Both the position numbers and the translations under genes were made by a program. The notes under the pieces are model-generated. The model had not been told where the DNA came from. It searched no databases and was given only the letters and a program-made list of their open reading frames with translations. A stretch of 64,000 bases of DNA from Deltaproteobacteria bacterium (lineage in GTDB: Bacteria; Myxococcota; Kuafuiibacteriia; Kuafuiibacteriales; Kuafuiibacteriaceae): assembly GCA_040218735.1 (NCBI GenBank), contig JAVJQW010000050.1, positions 320,001 to 384,000 on the forward strand, given 5' to 3'. Positions 47,371 to 56,313 of this stretch are shown piece by piece. How positions within the stretch are numbered: position 1 is the stretch's first letter; each line of letters opens with the position of its first letter.

Positions 47371-48216
47371 GTGCCGCGCTGCGCGTTCCTGTCCACCGAC
47401 GACCTCGAAGGGTTCTGCGTTTACGACCACCTCGCCGTCCCCGCGCTGAACGACCGCGGTATCGAAGTCGACGAAGTCCCGTGGCGCGCCGACGTCGACT
47501 GGTCGCAGTACGCCATGGTCATCGTGCGTTCGACCTGGGACTACCAGCAGGCCCCCGACGCCTTCATGGCCGCGCTCGCGCGGATCGACGCCGCGACGCA
47601 CCTCGAGAACCCGCTCGCGGTGATGCGAGGGAACATCGACAAACGTTACCTCGGCGCGCTCGCGGAGCGCGGGGTTCGGATCGTGCCCACGACGTTCTTC
47701 GATCACTTCGACGCCGACGCGATCGTCCGGGCGTCGGCGCCCTTCGATCGCTTCGTGGTCACACCGGCGGTCGGCGCGAACGCCGACGACGTCTTCGTGT
47801 TGGAGCGCGGCGCGGACCTCGACGCGGTTGCATCCACGTTCGCGACCCGCCCGCACCTCGTCCAACCGTTCGCGGAGGTCATCCACACCGAGGGGGAGCG
47901 CTCGCTGTTCTTCTTCGACGGCGAGCTCTCCCACGCGATCGTCAAACGCCCCGCAGACGGAGACTTCCGCGTGCAGGAGGAACACGGCGGCCGCTTCGAG
48001 CTCGTCACGCCGACGGCCGCCGAGACCGAGGCCGGCCGGCGCGCCCTCGGCGAGATCGGCGAGCGGCTCCTCTACGCGCGCGTCGACTTCGTGAACTGGG
48101 ACGGCGCCCCCGCGCTCATGGAGCTGGAGCTGATCGAGCCGTCGCTGTACTTCGAGGTGTACGAACCGGCGCGAGCACACTTCGCGGAGGCGGTGATGCG
48201 GCGACTGAAGCCCTGA
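47371..48216 (+). CDS. RimK/glutathione-synthetase-like ATP-grasp protein
   Basis: IVRSTWDY, DKRYL, LVQPF, GERSL, DFRVQEEHGG, YARVD and LMELELIEPSLYF motifs. GTG 47371. Confidence 0.9.
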   Translation: MPRCAFLSTDDLEGFCVYDHLAVPALNDRGIEVDEVPWRADVDWSQYAMVIVRSTWDYQQAPDAFMAALARIDAATHLENPLAVMRGNIDKRYLGALAERGVRIVPTTFFDHFDADAIVRASAPFDRFVVTPAVGANADDVFVLERGADLDAVASTFATRPHLVQPFAEVIHTEGERSLFFFDGELSHAIVKRPADGDFRVQEEHGGRFELVTPTAAETEAGRRALGEIGERLLYARVDFVNWDGAPALMELELIEPSLYFEVYEPARAHFAEAVMRRLKP

Positions 48217-49210
48217 GGATCGCGAGCGCGTCCTCGAGCTTCTGCGCACGCTTCAACGTCTCGAACGCCACCGCCATCACGTGGTAGGTCTCCGACAGCG
48301 CGCGCACCCAACCCTTGATGCGGTTGAGCGCGACCCGCTCCGGGTCCGCGAAGCGGCTGTCGCGCAGCACACGCTCGGCGAACTGGTGCAAAAGATCCGC
48401 GCAGCGCTCGGGCGGCCAGAAGTCGGCGTCGAGCTTCGCGATGCGACGGAACAGGTTCGGCGCGCGGAACGCGCCGCGGCCGAGCATGTACGCGCCGCAG
48501 CCGGTGACGTCGCGGCACGCGTCGAAGCTCGCGGGGTCGAAGATGTCGCCGTTCGCGACGACCGGCACGGACACCGCGTCCGCCGCGCGGCGAATGCGAC
48601 CCCAGTCGGCGGTCGGCTTGTACATCTGCTTCTTCGTGCGGCCGTGGATCGTGATCCACGCGGCGCCGCCGGCCTCCGCGGCCTCGACGATCGCGACGAC
48701 GTCGTCCGGATCCTCCCAGCCGAGGCGGATCTTCGCCGACACCGGGAGGTGCCCCGGCACCGCCGCGCGGGTCTCGCCGATGACCTCGGTCAGGCGCGAC
48801 GGCTCGCGCAACAAGGACGCACCACCGTCGCTCCCGTTCACGCGCTTGGCCGGGCAGCCGAAGTTGAGATCTACGCCGACCGCGCCGAGCTCCGCCGCGC
48901 GCTTCGCCGACGCCGCGACGAAGTGCGGCTCACCGCCGAGCAGCTGCACGAGCACCGGCACCCCCGACGGCGTGTGCCCGTCGTTCTCCAGCTCGGGGCA
49001 CTCACGCAGCAACACCCGCGCGGGCACCGGCCGGTGCGCGACGCGAATGAATTCCGTGACCGAGAGATCCATCGCGCCGAGCGCGCCGAGCAGATCGCGC
49101 ACGATGGCGTCCGAGATGCCCTCCATGGGCGCTAGCGCCAACACCGGGGCCTCGGGCGTGCCCTCCAGGAGCACGCCGCCCGGACCGAATGGATTTCGCG
49201 AGGACGTCAC
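48116..49210 (-). CDS. dusC: tRNA-dihydrouridine synthase (DusC-like)
   Basis: LAPMEG, VQLLG, DLNFGCP, KIRLG, IHGRT, ANGDI and MLGRG motifs. Confidence 0.9.
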   Translation of the reverse strand: MTSSRNPFGPGGVLLEGTPEAPVLALAPMEGISDAIVRDLLGALGAMDLSVTEFIRVAHRPVPARVLLRECPELENDGHTPSGVPVLVQLLGGEPHFVAASAKRAAELGAVGVDLNFGCPAKRVNGSDGGASLLREPSRLTEVIGETRAAVPGHLPVSAKIRLGWEDPDDVVAIVEAAEAGGAAWITIHGRTKKQMYKPTADWGRIRRAADAVSVPVVANGDIFDPASFDACRDVTGCGAYMLGRGAFRAPNLFRRIAKLDADFWPPERCADLLHQFAERVLRDSRFADPERVALNRIKGWVRALSETYHVMAVAFETLKRAQKLEDALAILRASVAASPPPRSVLAPVRTPRSTATARSAPAP

Positions 49211-49214
49211 GACG

Positions 49215-50801
49215 TCACCGACCGTAGAGGCGTTGGATCCCCTCTGCCAACGACGGAGCGATGTCCGGGCCCAAGGAATTCACCTCGCCGTACTGCCGGC
49301 GGCCGTAGGCGAAGGGTTCGTCGAAGTCGAACTGCACCTTCGGGATGATGTACCCGAGCGCGTCGTTGCCCTGGTTCACGATCGCCCGCGTGCGTCCCTC
49401 GGGCATCAGCGTCACCAGCGGGGGCTCCGGCGCCGCGTCCAGGAAATCGACGCCCTCGTTCTCGACGATGAAGGAGCCCCCCTCTCCGTCCGTCATCCAC
49501 AGCTCGGGGTACAGCTCGCCCGGAACCGTCACGATCTCCAACGGCCCGAGCGTCACCGCGCCGACCTCGGACTGAATCTGCACCGCACCCGCGAGCGCCT
49601 CGTCCACGTTGAAGGCCTCCGCCTGGGCGCGCGTCAGCGGCTCGTCGTCCGCGTCGAAGACCCGCCGGTCGAACAGCCCTGCGATGTACCCCGTCAGGAA
49701 CGCGAAGTTCGCGATCGTGAGCTGCACCCGCTCCCGACGCGCGCCGAGCGTCTGGTCCGTCGAAGCAGGCGCGGCCTCCAACGCGGCGATCGCCCGCGCC
49801 GCGACCTCGCCCCCGATGTACTCCGCGAGCTCGTACGTCCCGGCGGGACAGGTGCGGTTCCCGTCCGCGTCCGGGCAGCCCTGGATGTGCAGCGGGTTCA
49901 TCAGCCCGCCGAGGGTCCCCGGCAGGAACAGCGACGGCGCGTCGAAGTGCGCCTCCATCCCTTCGCGAAGGTAGTGCGGGTAGTCCGACGTGATGAGGGT
50001 GTTGACGTCGTCGAGGGCCTCCGGGTGGTTGCCCCAGAGCACGAGCGACGCGATCGCCGCGCCGGTCGTATCGCGCGCGAGCAGCGCGGTGACCGTGGTG
50101 TCGACGACCTCGGGGTCCCGGCTGTCGTCGATCAGGTGCCGCGTGTCGGTCGCCGTCGCGACGGTGAGCTCGGCGTCGGTCAGCGACGATTTGGCGTCGG
50201 CCAACGCTTCGACCGCGCGCCGGACGATCTCGTCGAGGTACGTCTCGTCGCGGCCCGACTCGAACGGCGTCTCCCCCCACGGGCCCATCGCGTCGGGGCT
50301 CTCGTGGTTGTGGGTGGAGGCGACGAGCACGTAGTCGTAGCCGAGCCCGGCCTCGCGCGCCGCCTCGCGGACGCGGATGACGTCGTCCGAGAAGTAGCCG
50401 ATCAGATCGAGCGCGACGACGCCGACGACGAGGTCACCGCGTGAGAACGCCATCGCGCGCGCCCACAGGTCGTCGTGCACGCCCGTCGCCGCGCGGCCCC
50501 GGCCGAAGCCGGCGAGCCACACGGGATCGTACTCGCCGTCGCCGTCGAGATCTTCGAAGGCCTCACCCTCCTCCCAGCGCCCGTCGCCGTCGTCCTCCCA
50601 GGTCTCGACCGCCGGGGTGATCGTGCGGACGCCGACCCCGACGCGCAGCGGTCCGTCCGCCGCGCGGCACGCGGGATCGCCGGGGCACGTGAGCGTGAGG
50701 AGCCGACCGTCGTCGTCGAGGAGCGGAGGGACCTCGGGATCGTCGGGGGTGCTCTGTCCGCACGCGGACAACAGCACAAACGCGATCCAGGCCCTCCGCA
50801 T
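49215..50801 (-). CDS. Neutral/alkaline ceramidase-like lipoprotein
   Basis: LLSAC lipobox; GVHDDLWARA, STHNHESPD, NHPE, ITSDYP, VPGELYPE and NDALGYI motifs; EF-hand-like DLDGDG. Confidence 0.85.
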   Translation of the reverse strand: MRRAWIAFVLLSACGQSTPDDPEVPPLLDDDGRLLTLTCPGDPACRAADGPLRVGVGVRTITPAVETWEDDGDGRWEEGEAFEDLDGDGEYDPVWLAGFGRGRAATGVHDDLWARAMAFSRGDLVVGVVALDLIGYFSDDVIRVREAAREAGLGYDYVLVASTHNHESPDAMGPWGETPFESGRDETYLDEIVRRAVEALADAKSSLTDAELTVATATDTRHLIDDSRDPEVVDTTVTALLARDTTGAAIASLVLWGNHPEALDDVNTLITSDYPHYLREGMEAHFDAPSLFLPGTLGGLMNPLHIQGCPDADGNRTCPAGTYELAEYIGGEVAARAIAALEAAPASTDQTLGARRERVQLTIANFAFLTGYIAGLFDRRVFDADDEPLTRAQAEAFNVDEALAGAVQIQSEVGAVTLGPLEIVTVPGELYPELWMTDGEGGSFIVENEGVDFLDAAPEPPLVTLMPEGRTRAIVNQGNDALGYIIPKVQFDFDEPFAYGRRQYGEVNSLGPDIAPSLAEGIQRLYGR

Positions 50802-50806
50802 CGCGC

Positions 50807-52051
50807 CTAGAAGCCGTGGAGGACGTCTTCGTGGTTGGTGCGAATCACCGTGAGGCTGTCGCTGTGGATCGGGACGACGCCGCCACCGAACTCCTCGGTG
50901 CAGGTGCCGTCCGTCGACACACCCACCGCGTAGGTGACGTCGACCGCGAGGCTGCTCGTCGCCGTGACGCCGGCGAAGCCGGTCGCGAGGTAACGCCCGC
51001 GCTGCGCGGTGTAGCGCTCGCGGCGCGCGAGATCGTAGTCGTCGTCCGGGTAGTAGTCGCCGAGCGGAAGCGGCGAGAACCCGCCGGTGGCGTTCGTGAT
51101 GCTGCGTCCGTCGGCGCTCGAGCAGTCGCGCGCTTCGATCAGCGCGTAGCCGTTGCCGAGGCCGTCGTCGAGATCGTCCGCACCGGGCACCGGCACGCCC
51201 GCGCCGGTCGCGGCCGCACTCAACAGGTCGCGGGAGCCGATCACGAACTCGAACGTTGCGTCGGGCGTCGTGCGCTCGACGCTGCTGAGCTGGCAGTTGG
51301 CACCCGCCACCTCGGGGCTCGCGTTCCGGCGGATGAAGCCGGGGTAGTAGGTGTCGATGAACGGCGAGCTCGCGGTGCTGCTGCGAACGCGCAGGTTGTA
51401 GAGCCGCTCGCCGAACAACGTCGTCGCGCCGAGGTCGGAGAAGCCGAGCTCCATCGCCCAGCCGCTGTCGCAAATCGCGCCTTGGACCGTGCGGAAGTTG
51501 TACCCCACCGGGAGCCGCTCGCTCGGTTGGCGATCCTGGCCCGTGATCCAGTCGTAGCTCGGATCGACCGGGTCCAGCTGGTCGTCAACGAACGGGAACA
51601 CTGCGATCTCGAGCGCCGCGATGTCGTCGGCGGTCGGCTGGGCGCCCATGAAGTCGACGCACTCGAAGAGGCAGTACTCGAACGACATTGCCTGGGGCGA
51701 GATCGGGTCGTCGATGCACGAGGTCACACCCGCGCCGAACTGCGTGCGCGGCTCGTCCGTGACGTCGTCGACGGGCACGCTCGTGCCGTCCACGTCGACG
51801 CCGTTGGCGCCGCGGCAGTAGTGACCGGCGTCGCGGCGGGGCCCAGCGTCGCGGAAGCCCGCGTCACGGAAGCCGGCGTCGCGCGGCGGGCCGGCGTCGC
51901 GGCGCGTGCCACCGTCGCGGTCGGCGGTCGTGTCGTCGTCGTCGCCCGTTCCGCAGGCTACGAAGAGCGCGGAGGCGGCGAGCAGAACGAACAGTCGGTT
52001 CGGGCGGTCAGCGTGAAAGGAGGAGAGTGCCGAGGAGGAGCGTCGCATCAT
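50807..52051 (-). CDS. Hypothetical lipoprotein with RDAG-repeat linker
   Basis: LFVAC lipobox followed by RDGG/RDAG repeats; start at ATG 52051 or 52048. Confidence 0.8.
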   Translation of the reverse strand: MMRRSSSALSSFHADRPNRLFVLLAASALFVACGTGDDDDTTADRDGGTRRDAGPPRDAGFRDAGFRDAGPRRDAGHYCRGANGVDVDGTSVPVDDVTDEPRTQFGAGVTSCIDDPISPQAMSFEYCLFECVDFMGAQPTADDIAALEIAVFPFVDDQLDPVDPSYDWITGQDRQPSERLPVGYNFRTVQGAICDSGWAMELGFSDLGATTLFGERLYNLRVRSSTASSPFIDTYYPGFIRRNASPEVAGANCQLSSVERTTPDATFEFVIGSRDLLSAAATGAGVPVPGADDLDDGLGNGYALIEARDCSSADGRSITNATGGFSPLPLGDYYPDDDYDLARRERYTAQRGRYLATGFAGVTATSSLAVDVTYAVGVSTDGTCTEEFGGGVVPIHSDSLTVIRTNHEDVLHGF

Positions 52052-52099
52052 TTGTGAAAACCCGGCGGGACCATAGGGCACCGCGAGTCCCAGACGCAA

Positions 52100-53686
52100 C
52101 TATTGGCAGTCGAACAGCGTGAAGGGCCCGGGCCCGTAGAAGCCCTGGATGACCTGGGCGATCATGTTCGGGTCGACGTCGGTGCCATCCGGGGGCCGCT
52201 CCCAGCAGCCGTTGCGGACGACGCCGCAGGCGTCGAGCTCGAAGCACATCGGCGGCGTCTCCGCGAGCGCGCCGAGGATCTGCGGGTCCCCGTACGACGG
52301 GATCCCGTTCAGGAAGACGAGCCGAATGTCCTGAGGCCGGGCGCCCAGCACGGAGGCGTACGGGGTCGCGGGGTCGACGTCCAACAGGACCAGGTCCGCG
52401 TACTTGCCGGGCTCGATCGAGCCCACCCAGTTGTCCACCGCCATCTGGGCCGCGGGGACGATCGTGCTCATCGCGAGGTAGTCGTCGTCCGAGAACAGGC
52501 CGGGCCAGCGCTGGTCGGCGGTCGCCTTCGCGGCGCGGAGCTCGTGCAACACGTCGTCGGCGCCCGACGGCGTCCAGTCCGGTGCGATCGACACGGACAC
52601 GCCGGCGTTCATCGCCGCCTGGACGTCGGTGGTGTCGCCGTACAGCGCGAAGTTCGACGACGGCGACCACACCAACTTCGAGCCCGCGTTGCCGACGTCC
52701 ACGAAGTCGGCGGGCGTCAGCGCCGTGCCGTGGATGATCACCGTCTCCGGCCGCAGCAGACCGAGCGCGACGAGGTCGACGTACTCTTCGCGCGCGCGCG
52801 TCGAGAGGCCCTCGGCGAGGTGGATCATGTACGCGGTCGTCTCGCCCGACTGCATCTCCATGATGATGTCGTCGGCGTCCATCTGATCGACGGTGTCGAT
52901 GCCGAGGGTGTTGGAGCGCATCCGGTCGTCGTCCCAACCCGTGTACTGGGAGGTGAGCTCCGCGTTGCGGACGAGCCAGCGATAACAGACGCGCGGCTGG
53001 GGCGTGCCGAAGATCGTGGTGGTGCCGTTCACCAGCGCGCGGATCTCGCCCCACTGCACCATCGCGCAGAAGGCCGGGGCCACGCCGCTGTTCTCGCGGT
53101 AGGGCGTGACGAAGTCGCGGTACGCGCTCGAGCCCTGCCACTCGGTGTGGTCGGCCCACTGGCGGCCCGACTCCCATTCCGGGAGCCAGTTGTAGGCGAC
53201 GTGGTTGTGGGGGTCGACGAGGCCCGGGATGAGCACGCCGCTCGTCTGGATCACCGTGGCGCCCGTCGCGTTGCAGATGCCCTCGCCGCCCACGCACTCG
53301 ATGACGTCGTCGACGATCAGCACCTCGCCGGGGCTGATCTCCATCGTCTGCCCGTCCATCGGGAGGACCGACGCCGCGCGCACGAGGATGCGGCCGAACG
53401 TCGCAGGCCCGCCGTCGATCACGCCGCCGCCGGCGTCACGCCGCGGGCCGGCGTCGCGCGGAGGTCCCGCGTCGCGGGGAGGACCGCCGTCCCGGAGAGG
53501 GCCGCCGTCGCGCATGCCGCCGTCGTACCCGGGCGGACGCATCCGAGGGCCTCCGTCCGAGTCGCTGTAGTTGACGCAGTTGCCTCCGACGGAGATGAAG
53601 CCCGACTCGCAGCGCTTGTGACACGCTGCGGCGAAGTGGCCGACCACGAGGATCGCGGCCGCGGCAACGAAGCGCGCCGATCGCAC
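52100..53686 (-). CDS. Amidohydrolase (deaminase-like) lipoprotein
   Basis: FAAAC lipobox; PGLVDPHNH, IHLAEG, IIHG, WSPSSN, APDW and GSIEPGKYADL motifs. Start GTG 53686 inferred. Confidence 0.88.
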   Translation of the reverse strand: MRSARFVAAAAILVVGHFAAACHKRCESGFISVGGNCVNYSDSDGGPRMRPPGYDGGMRDGGPLRDGGPPRDAGPPRDAGPRRDAGGGVIDGGPATFGRILVRAASVLPMDGQTMEISPGEVLIVDDVIECVGGEGICNATGATVIQTSGVLIPGLVDPHNHVAYNWLPEWESGRQWADHTEWQGSSAYRDFVTPYRENSGVAPAFCAMVQWGEIRALVNGTTTIFGTPQPRVCYRWLVRNAELTSQYTGWDDDRMRSNTLGIDTVDQMDADDIIMEMQSGETTAYMIHLAEGLSTRAREEYVDLVALGLLRPETVIIHGTALTPADFVDVGNAGSKLVWSPSSNFALYGDTTDVQAAMNAGVSVSIAPDWTPSGADDVLHELRAAKATADQRWPGLFSDDDYLAMSTIVPAAQMAVDNWVGSIEPGKYADLVLLDVDPATPYASVLGARPQDIRLVFLNGIPSYGDPQILGALAETPPMCFELDACGVVRNGCWERPPDGTDVDPNMIAQVIQGFYGPGPFTLFDCQ

Positions 53687-53828
53687 GGGCCGGATTGTAG
53701 GGAAGCGCCCGCTCGCCAACCACCGACATCCGGGGGGGTGCCAAACGGCGCGAAAGCTGAGTCGCCCGTGCGCCGTTTCGAGACGGTCGGATTCAGCCGA
53801 GGCGGGGGAGCGTCGATTCGAGGCTTCG

Positions 53829-55202
53829 ATGAAGCGCTCGTTCCTGTTCGCGATGTTCGTTGGGGCCGCTGGGTGTAGCACGGAGGCGTTGGAGCTGGAG
53901 GCGCCCGCGGCGAACGACGCACCGTCGTTCGAGCTCGCCGACGCCACGCCGACCCTCGACGTCCCCGCGCATCCTCCGGTCGGCGCGCCTCCCGTCGGCA
54001 CGCCGATCGAGCCGCCGGTGGCGCCCGTCGACGTGCCGCCGGTCGTCGCGGTCGGGTTGGGGCGACGCCACTCCTGCGCGGTGACCAAGCTCGGCGAGCT
54101 GTTCTGCTGGGGCTCCGGCGCACGCGGGCAGACGGGCCACGGTGACGAGGAGACCATCGGCGACGACGAGCTCCCCGCTCAGCGCAGCCGCGTCGACCTC
54201 GGCCACCACTTCGTCATCGACGTCGCGGCCGGCCACCACCACACCTGCGCGCTCACCGGCGCGGGCGAAGTCCTGTGCTTCGGCGTCGGCGCGTACGGGC
54301 AGCTCGGCCTCGCTTCGACCGACGACGTCGGCGCCACATCCGCGCCGGACACCGTCACGGCGATCGGCGGGAGCGCGGCGCAGATCGTCGCGGGTGAGCT
54401 TCACACGTGTGTGCTCCTCGACGACGGGCACGTCCGCTGCTTCGGCGCGGGCGACGACGGACGCCTCGGTTACGGCGACGCCCAACACGTCGGCGACGAC
54501 GAGGCGCCGCACGTGCGCGACTTCGTGGACCTCGGCCTGAACGTCGTCGCGCTCGCGGCCGGCGACGCGCACACCTGCGCGCTCTCCGTGGAGGGGACCG
54601 TACGGTGCTGGGGTGAAAACGACGACGGGCGCCTCGGCTACGGCATGGTCGGCGACATCGGCGACGACGAGTCCCCGAAGGACGCCGGCCTCGTCCCCCT
54701 CCCCGGCCTCGCAGTTCAGATCTCCGCGGGCACGAGCCACACCTGCGCGGTGCTCGAAGACGGCGGCGTCGCGTGCTTCGGCAAGAACCGCTACGGCGAG
54801 CTCGGTACGGATTCGGCCGAGACGATCGGCGACGACGCCCACGACACGATCGTCCGCGTCGACCTCGACCTCCCCGTCGCGGAGGTGTCGGCGGGCAACT
54901 TCCGCACGTGTGTCCGCTTCGAGACCGGCGGCGTGCGTTGCTGGGGCTACCCGTTCGACGGCGGCCTCGGCGTCGGCTCGATGACCTACGCGCCCTCCCC
55001 GCGCGCGGCCGAAGACGTCGGCCTCGGTATGGACGCGTTCTCGATCGCCTCCGGCGGCGACCACTCCTGCGCGATCGTCGAGGGCCGGCACCTGAGGTGC
55101 TGGGGCCAAGGCGAAGGCGGACGACTCGGGTACGGGAGCGAAGACAACGTCGGCGACGACGAGCTCCCCATGGTGATGGGCGACGTCGCGCTCTTCGACT
55201 AA
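53829..55202 (+). CDS. RCC1-repeat beta-propeller lipoprotein
   Basis: AAGC lipobox; seven AG..H(S/T)CA....G.V.C(W/F)G....G.LG repeats, several carrying (I/V)GDDE.P. Confidence 0.92.
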   Translation: MKRSFLFAMFVGAAGCSTEALELEAPAANDAPSFELADATPTLDVPAHPPVGAPPVGTPIEPPVAPVDVPPVVAVGLGRRHSCAVTKLGELFCWGSGARGQTGHGDEETIGDDELPAQRSRVDLGHHFVIDVAAGHHHTCALTGAGEVLCFGVGAYGQLGLASTDDVGATSAPDTVTAIGGSAAQIVAGELHTCVLLDDGHVRCFGAGDDGRLGYGDAQHVGDDEAPHVRDFVDLGLNVVALAAGDAHTCALSVEGTVRCWGENDDGRLGYGMVGDIGDDESPKDAGLVPLPGLAVQISAGTSHTCAVLEDGGVACFGKNRYGELGTDSAETIGDDAHDTIVRVDLDLPVAEVSAGNFRTCVRFETGGVRCWGYPFDGGLGVGSMTYAPSPRAAEDVGLGMDAFSIASGGDHSCAIVEGRHLRCWGQGEGGRLGYGSEDNVGDDELPMVMGDVALFD

Positions 55203-56254
55203 CGCCGAACGTAGAGGTTGTCGCGGCGCGCCGCCTGCACGGCGCGGTCGACGCCGCCGGTGCGCACCCAATCGAGCACGACCTCGGTGAGCGCTTCGGG
55301 GACCTGGGCGCGCTCGGCGTTGCCGCGCAGAGCGCCCGCGAGTTTTTCGATGTCGACGCCGCGTTCGTCGCGGAAGAACGGCTTGGCGCCCATCGCGACG
55401 GCGCCCTCCAACAGATCGAGGGCGGCGGCGCCGAGGGGGCGTTCACGTCCTCGCACGTTCGCCATGAACGCGACGACGTCTTCGCCCGCGAGCCCGTAGC
55501 GTTCGAGGAGCGCCGCGTTGTTCGCGAAGCGCGGCTTCACGTGGGCGACGAATTCGTCGTCGGTGAGCTTGCGGTGGGCGGCGAGCACCGCCACCGGCGT
55601 CTCGAGGTCCGCGAGGTTCAGCCACGGCGCCGCGAGGAGCGGGAGACGAGCGTCGTCGTCCGTCCAACCGTCGAGCCCCGCGAGGGCGTCGCGCTGGCGG
55701 TCGAAGAAGTCGAGCGCAGCGGCGACGACGTTCTCCGTCTGGGCGGCCTTGCCGTGGATCGCGTCGGCCTCGCGCAGCAGCGCGCGGAGGTGGTCCGGCG
55801 CGGGGTGATCGCCGAGCGCGACGCGACGCGACTCGCGGTACGCTTCGAGCTCGGCCGCGGCCCCGAGGAACGGCGCGGGGTCGGCCGGTCCCTCGTGGTC
55901 CCTCGGCCACGCGCCGTGCATCGCGCCGACCTGCGCGAGGAGCTCCGCCGGCGGTTTGATCGCGACATCGCGCGCGACGGAGCTCGCGCCCTGGATCACC
56001 GCCCACGCCGCGGCGGGCGTACGCTCCGGGCCGACGTGCCGACCGAGGTAACCCGCGAGCACGGGCGCCCACTGCGCACGCGGCAGACGCGCGATACGCG
56101 AGACGGACAGACCGCCGAACAGCTGACGCAGCTCACCGACGCTTCGGTCCGCGAGCGCGACCTGCAACGTGGGCGTGCGCGCGAGCGTTCGATTCGACGC
56201 GACCGACGCCTCGTCCGGGACCCGCCCGAACCCGCCGTCGCGCCGCACCCGCAT
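55199..56254 (-). CDS. Hypothetical protein (351 aa, helical)
   Basis: Fills the gap between two genes; TAGACT hexamer 6 nt before the ATG; convergent 4-nt overlap with the RCC1 gene. Confidence 0.7.
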   Translation of the reverse strand: MRVRRDGGFGRVPDEASVASNRTLARTPTLQVALADRSVGELRQLFGGLSVSRIARLPRAQWAPVLAGYLGRHVGPERTPAAAWAVIQGASSVARDVAIKPPAELLAQVGAMHGAWPRDHEGPADPAPFLGAAAELEAYRESRRVALGDHPAPDHLRALLREADAIHGKAAQTENVVAAALDFFDRQRDALAGLDGWTDDDARLPLLAAPWLNLADLETPVAVLAAHRKLTDDEFVAHVKPRFANNAALLERYGLAGEDVVAFMANVRGRERPLGAAALDLLEGAVAMGAKPFFRDERGVDIEKLAGALRGNAERAQVPEALTEVVLDWVRTGGVDRAVQAARRDNLYVRR

Positions 56255-56313
56255 CGATGCAGTCTAGAGCCCCGCGCGGGCCGACACGAGAGATTTTCGC
56301 GCTTCGCCGTCCG

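Noticed and set aside
48116-48216. 101-nt convergent overlap of dusC and the ATP-grasp gene
   Set aside because: Low-complexity tail from a late stop; common in high-GC genomes, with no evidence of function.
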